This document shows positions 58,844 to 64,000 of a stretch of 64,000 nucleotides of DNA, piece after piece; the stretch's first letter is position 1; each line of letters opens with the position of its first letter. The stretch lies in IMG/VR virus record IMGVR_UViG_3300047548_001122, positions 62,001 to 126,000 of that record, one strand, 5' to 3'. Below the pieces are notes generated by a model that saw only the letters and a program-made list of their open reading frames with translations, did not search any database and was not told the DNA's origin. The position numbers were made by a program, and so were the translations under genes.

Positions 58844-59278
58844 ATGGAAACTTTAGTAGAAATGATGAAAAAGGTATTAGCGGACACTTTTGCTATGTAC
58901 TTAAAATCTCATAATTATCACTGGAACGTAGAAGGTTCTAACTTTCCGCAATACCATGAATTCTTTGGAAACTTGTACGAAGAACTTCATGGTGCGGTTG
59001 ATCCTATCGCTGAACAAATTAGAGCTTTAGATGCTTATGCTCCAGGTTCTTTTTCTAGGTTCATGGAATTAACTGATATTCAAGACGAACTAAATGTTCC
59101 TCTTGGAACAGATATGGCGAGAAAACTTCTATCCGATAATCAACTGGTTTTAAATACTCTAAATATGACATTCAAACTAGCTGAACAATTTGACCAACAA
59201 GGTTTAATGGACTTTTTAGCTGGTAGAATTGATACTCATAATAAACACGCTTGGATGTTGAGAAGTATTTCAAAATAA
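58844..59278 (+). CDS. dps: Dps family ferritin-like protein
   Basis: KSHNYHWNVEG..F..YHEFFGNLYEE...D.IAEQIRAL; C-terminal KHAWMLRS. Confidence 0.92.
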   Translation: METLVEMMKKVLADTFAMYLKSHNYHWNVEGSNFPQYHEFFGNLYEELHGAVDPIAEQIRALDAYAPGSFSRFMELTDIQDELNVPLGTDMARKLLSDNQLVLNTLNMTFKLAEQFDQQGLMDFLAGRIDTHNKHAWMLRSISK

Positions 59279-60910
59279 ATGAATGACGGTTATCTTGGTA
59301 ATGAACGACTAAAAAAAGTCGGTGTAGAAATACAATATACGGAAGAACAGGCAGTTGAATTAGCTAAGTGTATTGAAGATCCTGTATATTTTATAAAAAC
59401 CTACGTTAAGATTGTAAACGTCGATAAAGGCCTTGTGCCTTTTGATATGTGGCCATTTCAAGAAGAAATGGTCAAATCTTTTCATAATAATCGTTTCTCG
59501 ATTGCAAAAATGCCTCGACAGGTAGGTAAAACGACCACAACAGTTGGTTATATGTTGTGGTGTGTTTTATTTCAGGAAGAATATTCGATTGCAATATTGG
59601 CCAATAAAGGTCAATTAGCACAAGAGATTTTATCCCGTATACAGAAGGCATATGAATATTTACCTATTTGGTTGCAACAAGGTATTATTGTTTGGAATAA
59701 AAGAAACATTGAATTAGAAAATGGTTCAAAAATTTACGCATATGCAACTTCTGCGGCAGGTGTTCGAGGTGGTTCGTATAACTTAATTTTCTTAGATGAA
59801 TTTGCTTTCGTTCAACATAACATGGCGTTAGATTTCTTCCAATCTACCTACCCCGTTATATCTTCTGGACAAACATCAAAAGTTATTATTGTTTCTACAC
59901 CCAATGGATTGAATCTGTTCTATAAAATGTGGACAGACGCAATCGAAAAACGTTCAACTTATGTACCCGTTGAAGTTCATTGGTCAATGGTTCCAGGTAG
60001 AGATGAAAAGTGGAAAGAAGAGACTATACGAAACACTTCGGAAGAACAGTTCAGAGTAGAATTTGAAACTGAATTTATTGGTTCTTCCGCAACATTGGTT
60101 TCTGGTGCAAAATTGAGGTCTATGGCTTTCTTTAACCCAATCGAATCGGAAGAAGGTTTAGATATTTACCAAAAACCACAACCAAATCGTCTTTATATTT
60201 GTACGGTAGATTGTTCGGAAGGTGTAGAACGAGACTATTCAACAATTAATGTTATAGATGTTTCAGAAGTTCCTTATAAACAAGTTGCAAAATATCGTAA
60301 CAATAAACTACCTTTGTTATTTTTCCCAACGATAATATATTCCTTGGCTAAAAAATACAATGAGGCTTTTGTTTTAATTGAAACTAACAATGTAGGTCAA
60401 CAAGTAGTTGACATTATGCACTATGACTTAGAATATGAAAATGTCTATAAAATTGACCACCATCACATTAAAGGTCAGACAATTTCTGGTGGATTTAAAC
60501 GTTCTGCAAATTTTGGTGTTAAAACCACCAAAACTGTTAAAAAAATTGGTTGTGCCAACTTAAAAACTTTGGTAGAAAATGATAAGTTAATTATCAACGA
60601 TTTCGATACGATTGCAGAATTAAATACATTCGTTCGACAAAAAGATAGTTATGCTGCTGAAGAAGGTAATAATGATGATTTAGTAATGGGTTTGGTACTT
60701 TTTGCTTGGTTGACAGCACAATCTTATTTCAAAGAAGCCACAAACATCGATATTCGTAAGGTTTTACTAGAAGAAAACGATTTGTTAGGTGAAGAACAGT
60801 TATTACCAGTAGGTATTATTGATGACGGAAGACCAGAGCCTGTCATCGATTCTTCTGGTGATGTGTGGTCTACCATAGAAGGTAGAGGATATGCATCCTC
60901 AAATTTCTAA
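59279..60910 (+). CDS. gp17: Terminase large subunit gp17
   Basis: PRQVGKTT Walker A, FLDEFAF Walker B, VSTPNG, DDLVM. Confidence 0.96.
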   Translation: MNDGYLGNERLKKVGVEIQYTEEQAVELAKCIEDPVYFIKTYVKIVNVDKGLVPFDMWPFQEEMVKSFHNNRFSIAKMPRQVGKTTTTVGYMLWCVLFQEEYSIAILANKGQLAQEILSRIQKAYEYLPIWLQQGIIVWNKRNIELENGSKIYAYATSAAGVRGGSYNLIFLDEFAFVQHNMALDFFQSTYPVISSGQTSKVIIVSTPNGLNLFYKMWTDAIEKRSTYVPVEVHWSMVPGRDEKWKEETIRNTSEEQFRVEFETEFIGSSATLVSGAKLRSMAFFNPIESEEGLDIYQKPQPNRLYICTVDCSEGVERDYSTINVIDVSEVPYKQVAKYRNNKLPLLFFPTIIYSLAKKYNEAFVLIETNNVGQQVVDIMHYDLEYENVYKIDHHHIKGQTISGGFKRSANFGVKTTKTVKKIGCANLKTLVENDKLIINDFDTIAELNTFVRQKDSYAAEEGNNDDLVMGLVLFAWLTAQSYFKEATNIDIRKVLLEENDLLGEEQLLPVGIIDDGRPEPVIDSSGDVWSTIEGRGYASSNF

Positions 60911-60914
60911 AAAC

Positions 60915-60921
60915 ATAAATA
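60915..60921 (+). promoter_or_regulatory. Late promoter-like motif ATAAATA
   Basis: Intergenic CATAAATAG between gp17 and gp18. Confidence 0.7.
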
Positions 60922-60965
60922 GACAATAAAAGAATTTATTCAGCCTGAAAAAAGGAGATTTAAAA

Positions 60966-62672
60966 ATGGCTTTTCAACTATCACCAGGTGTGAATGTCTC
61001 AGAAGTTGATTTAACAACTGTTGTACCTTCTGTGGCTACTACTGTTGGTGGTTTTGCCGGTAATTTCAACTGGGGACCAGTGAATGAAGTTGTTACTATT
61101 AATAATGAGGTTCAACTAGTAGAGAGATTTGGTAAACCAGACAGTAACACATATACCTCATTCTTCACTGTAGCAAACTTTTTATCTTACTCTAACGACA
61201 TTCGCGTTATTCGTTCCGTGGGTTCTAGTGCTAACAATGCTACAGTTGACGGAGTGGGTGCAAGAATTTTAAATAGAACTGACTATGACGAGCAGATTCC
61301 AGTTACTTCATCAGAAGATGCGGGAAATTATCCAACAATATTCATTTCGAAATATCCAGGATCATTAGGGAATTCATTAAGAGTTTCGATGTGTGATGCT
61401 AATACCGAACTAATTTCTACTTGGCAGTATGCAAATGAATTTAGTGCTAATGCTAATACATCTTCTTTTGCTTCATCAAAAAATCTTTCGAATGACGAAC
61501 TTCATATAGTTGTTGTTGATAAGACCGGTTTAATTTCTGGAACAGCAGGAACTGTTTTAGAAAAATTTGGTTTTACTTCAAAATTAAGAGATGCAAAAAA
61601 TGAAGATGGTACCTCAAATTATTATGCCGAAGTTATTAATTCCAAATCAAAATGGATTTGGTGGGGAAGTCATCCTTTGTCGAGTCCAAACTGGGGTTCT
61701 TCTCTTTCTTATTATACTTCTGCTGCCGATTATGTTTTAGATTCTTTAACATCAACAACTTTTGATCTTTCTGGCGGATCCGATGCGGCACCAACAGCTG
61801 GCAATATAAACACTTCGTATGATTTGTTTGATAATCCTGAATCTGTTGATGTTTCATTGATTATGACAGGCTCAGTTTCGGGTGATACTATACCGGATCA
61901 TTTAATTTCTATGGCAGAAAATAGAAAAGATTGTTTAATATTCTTATCACCAGAACAAACCGATGTAGTAAACAATTCTGGAAACGAAGTAACAGATATA
62001 TTATCATTAAGAAATACTTTTACATCTTCTTCTTTTGCTGTTATGGATTCAGGTTGGAAATACCAGTACGACAAATACAATGATGTCTATCGCTGGATTC
62101 CATTAAATGGAGATATTGCTGGACTTTGTGCTAGAACAGATATTGAAAGAGATCCTTGGTTCTCACCAGCAGGATTCAACAGAGGTCAAATTAAGAACGT
62201 TGTAAAATTATCTTGGAATCCTACAAAAGCGGAAAGAGATTCTTTATATAAAGCTGGAGTTAATCCTATCGTTACATTCCCTGGAGAAGGCACCGTATTA
62301 TACGGTGATAAGACCTTGTTGTCAAGACCTTCCGCTTTCGATAGAATCAATGTTCGCCGTCTGTTTATTGTACTTGAAAAATCTATCGCAAGAGCAGCAC
62401 GTTCATCATTGTTTGAGTTTAACGACGAATTTACAAGAGCTCAATTTGTAAATCTAGTTGAACCATTCTTGCGTGATGTACAAGGTCGCCGTGGTATCTA
62501 CGACTATCGTGTAGTATGTGATACAACAAATAATACACCAGAAGTAATTGATCGTAACGAATTTGTTGGCGACATCTATATTAAACCAGCACGTTCGATC
62601 AACTTTATTCAACTTAACTTCGTTGCAGTACGTACAGGCGTATCGTTCAATGAAGTGGTTGGATCATTCTAA
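60966..62672 (+). CDS. gp18: Tail sheath protein gp18
   Basis: LSPGVNVSEVD, WFSPAGFNRG, FDRINVRRLF, FEFNDEFTR, IKPARSINFI. Confidence 0.96.
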   Translation: MAFQLSPGVNVSEVDLTTVVPSVATTVGGFAGNFNWGPVNEVVTINNEVQLVERFGKPDSNTYTSFFTVANFLSYSNDIRVIRSVGSSANNATVDGVGARILNRTDYDEQIPVTSSEDAGNYPTIFISKYPGSLGNSLRVSMCDANTELISTWQYANEFSANANTSSFASSKNLSNDELHIVVVDKTGLISGTAGTVLEKFGFTSKLRDAKNEDGTSNYYAEVINSKSKWIWWGSHPLSSPNWGSSLSYYTSAADYVLDSLTSTTFDLSGGSDAAPTAGNINTSYDLFDNPESVDVSLIMTGSVSGDTIPDHLISMAENRKDCLIFLSPEQTDVVNNSGNEVTDILSLRNTFTSSSFAVMDSGWKYQYDKYNDVYRWIPLNGDIAGLCARTDIERDPWFSPAGFNRGQIKNVVKLSWNPTKAERDSLYKAGVNPIVTFPGEGTVLYGDKTLLSRPSAFDRINVRRLFIVLEKSIARAARSSLFEFNDEFTRAQFVNLVEPFLRDVQGRRGIYDYRVVCDTTNNTPEVIDRNEFVGDIYIKPARSINFIQLNFVAVRTGVSFNEVVGSF

Positions 62673-62678
62673 TAAATA
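62672..62678 (+). promoter_or_regulatory. Late promoter-like motif ATAAATA
   Basis: Directly after the gp18 stop, before the gp19 SD AGGAG. Confidence 0.65.
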
Positions 62679-62698
62679 GAGAGATAGGAGAAATTTAA

Positions 62699-63244
62699 AT
62701 GGCATTTAACATTAACGAATTCCGCTCTCAGATGCAAGGAGATGGGGCAAGACCAAACCTCTTCGAGGTTACTATGCCCTTCCCTTCTTTTTCATCACCA
62801 GGAAATGCACAAACAAAGCTTACATTTATGTGTAAAACGGCACAATTACCAGGATCAACTCTTGGTATTGTCCCTGTGCAATATTTTGGTCGTGAATTAA
62901 AATTTGCGGGCAATAGAACTTTTGCTGATTGGACAATCACTGTTATTAATGACGAAGATTTTATCATTCGTAATGCATTTGAACGTTGGATGAATGGTAT
63001 TAACAGTCACAGTCTGAACGTTCGTACACCAACTGCACAAACACCATCATCGTATTCTGTAGATGGTGAAGTTAGACAGTTTGCAAAAAATGGTGATGTT
63101 TTGAAGAAGTATAAATTTATTGGTTTATTCCCATCAGATATTACTCCAATTGATGTTGATTGGGGTGCTAATGATACGATTGAAGAATTTTCAGTGACTC
63201 TTACCTATCAGTGGTGGGAATCAGCTGAAGATGCTGTGGTTTGA
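62699..63244 (+). CDS. gp19: Tail tube protein gp19
   Basis: GARPNLFEV, AQLPGS, GDR-like GNRTFADWTITVINDEDF, EEFSVTLTYQWW. Confidence 0.95.
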   Translation: MAFNINEFRSQMQGDGARPNLFEVTMPFPSFSSPGNAQTKLTFMCKTAQLPGSTLGIVPVQYFGRELKFAGNRTFADWTITVINDEDFIIRNAFERWMNGINSHSLNVRTPTAQTPSSYSVDGEVRQFAKNGDVLKKYKFIGLFPSDITPIDVDWGANDTIEEFSVTLTYQWWESAEDAVV

Positions 63245-63246
63245 TA

Positions 63247-63275
63247 GAGAAAGAGCCTTTGCTCTTTCTCCTTTT
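63247..63275 (+). terminator. Intrinsic terminator after gp19
   Basis: Perfect 10-bp stem GAGAAAGAGC / GCTCTTTCTC with CTTT loop, followed by CTTTT, 2 nt after the gp19 stop. Confidence 0.75.
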
Positions 63276-63290
63276 ATAGGATTATAAATT

Positions 63291-63935
63291 TTGGCTATAT
63301 ATCTTCTCGTTAAAGAACATGCTTACACAGGTTTAAAATATCTGTGTAAGCATGCTGCATCTTCTTTTTCTGAATGTGAGAAATATAAAGGTTCGGGTAA
63401 ATATTGGAAACGACATTTGAAACAGCATGGAAATCATGTAAATACTACTTGTTTGTTTGTTACTGAAAGTGAAAAAGAATTTCGTGAAGTTGCCAAAAAC
63501 TATTCTTTACAATTTAATGTGACAGAATCTAAAGAATGGGCAAATCTTTGTAATGAAGAAGGACAAGGAGGTAATACCGTTGTTGATAAAAATATTCACG
63601 GTAAAAAAACTAAACAAGGTTTACATAGACCTGAAGTTAGACAAAAACACCTTTGCCATTTAAAAACACATATAAAGAATATTCAACCTTTAGCAGCAAA
63701 AGCTGCAAAACAAAAATTGACTGGTGTTCTTAAAACGGAAGAACATAAAAATAATATGCGTGGAAAAAGACCGCATGTAAATCAAACAGGTTCAAAAAAT
63801 AATTTTGCTAAAAAAATAGAAACTCCATTTGGAATATTTGGTAGTATTCGTGAAGCTTCTCATCAAATTGAAGGACATACATATAAAATGATTTGGAATA
63901 GATTACAAAATGATAAAGAATGGAGATATATCTAA
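63291..63935 (+). mobile_element. Free-standing homing endonuclease, divergent GIY-YIG (Seg-like) with NUMOD-like C-terminus
   Basis: AIYLLVKEH..TGLKYLCK, YKGSGKYWKRHL, ANL..EEGQGG; KTEEHKNNM and FGSIREAS motifs; inserted between gp19 and gp20; TTG start. Confidence 0.7.
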
Positions 63936-64000
63936 TGGCAATCCGTTTGTTTGGTTTCACTTTAGGTAAAAAGGACATTGTTCAGGTTGAAAAACCTGAG
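63935..64000 (+). CDS. gp20: Portal protein gp20, N-terminus (truncated by window edge)
   Basis: ATG overlapping the upstream TAA; MAIRLFGFTLGKKD matches the LFGF start of T4-like portals and the gene order. Confidence 0.7.
   Translation, partial: MAIRLFGFTLGKKDIVQVEKPE

Noticed and set aside
28602-59281. In-frame TAA-start junctions (28604/28605, 57677/57678, 59278/59279) as possible readthrough fusions
   Set aside because: Zero-gap junctions are in frame by definition and TAA is rarely read through; translational coupling suffices.
481-62967. Numerous short ORFs on the - strand and in alternate + frames (e.g. 481-735, 6595-6912, 11030-11443, 30272-30595, 57674-58030, 58492-58887)
   Set aside because: All lie inside long, motif-bearing + strand genes, have no recognisable motifs or SD, and are expected shadows of repetitive, codon-biased genes.
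1-64000. Stop-codon reassignment, tRNA genes, introns or inteins
   Set aside because: Core genes are intact and of normal length in the standard code, ending in TAA, TAG or TGA. Intergenic gaps are too short and show no cloverleaf, and gp17 and gp18 have no intein-sized insertion.

Overview
AT-rich window from a large T4-like myovirus (standard genetic code; every credible gene but one is on the + strand). Three zones. (1) 1-8.8 kb and 28-55 kb: virion structural and fibre genes. These include a DUF4815/VrlC-like protein cut by the window start, three long Ala/Asn/Ser-rich modular fibres, a 2584-aa beta-propeller/LamG protein, two Kelch-like paralogues and a glycosyltransferase/2OG-Fe(II) oxygenase cassette. 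(2) 8.8-28 kb: a ~19 kb enzyme island between fibre genes, with seven radical SAM enzymes, a 199-aa protein ending in four CTCNCNY repeats, U32-like, sulfotransferase-like and glycosyltransferase proteins, a split transketolase, nucleotide-sugar enzymes, a flavin-dependent halogenase, two deacetylases and an ErpA/IscA-type Fe-S carrier. (3) 54.9-64 kb: the T4 core block gp13-gp14-gp15-(fibre-module gene)-gp16-(Dps)-gp17-gp18-gp19-(homing endonuclease)-start of gp20. ATAAATA late-promoter-like motifs precede several structural genes. The best candidate for an undescribed system is the radical SAM/SPASM cluster around the (CTCNCNY)x4 protein, which may be a phage-encoded RiPP-like or metallo-modification pathway acting on a virion-type protein. 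All calls are from motif recognition by eye; no database search was run.
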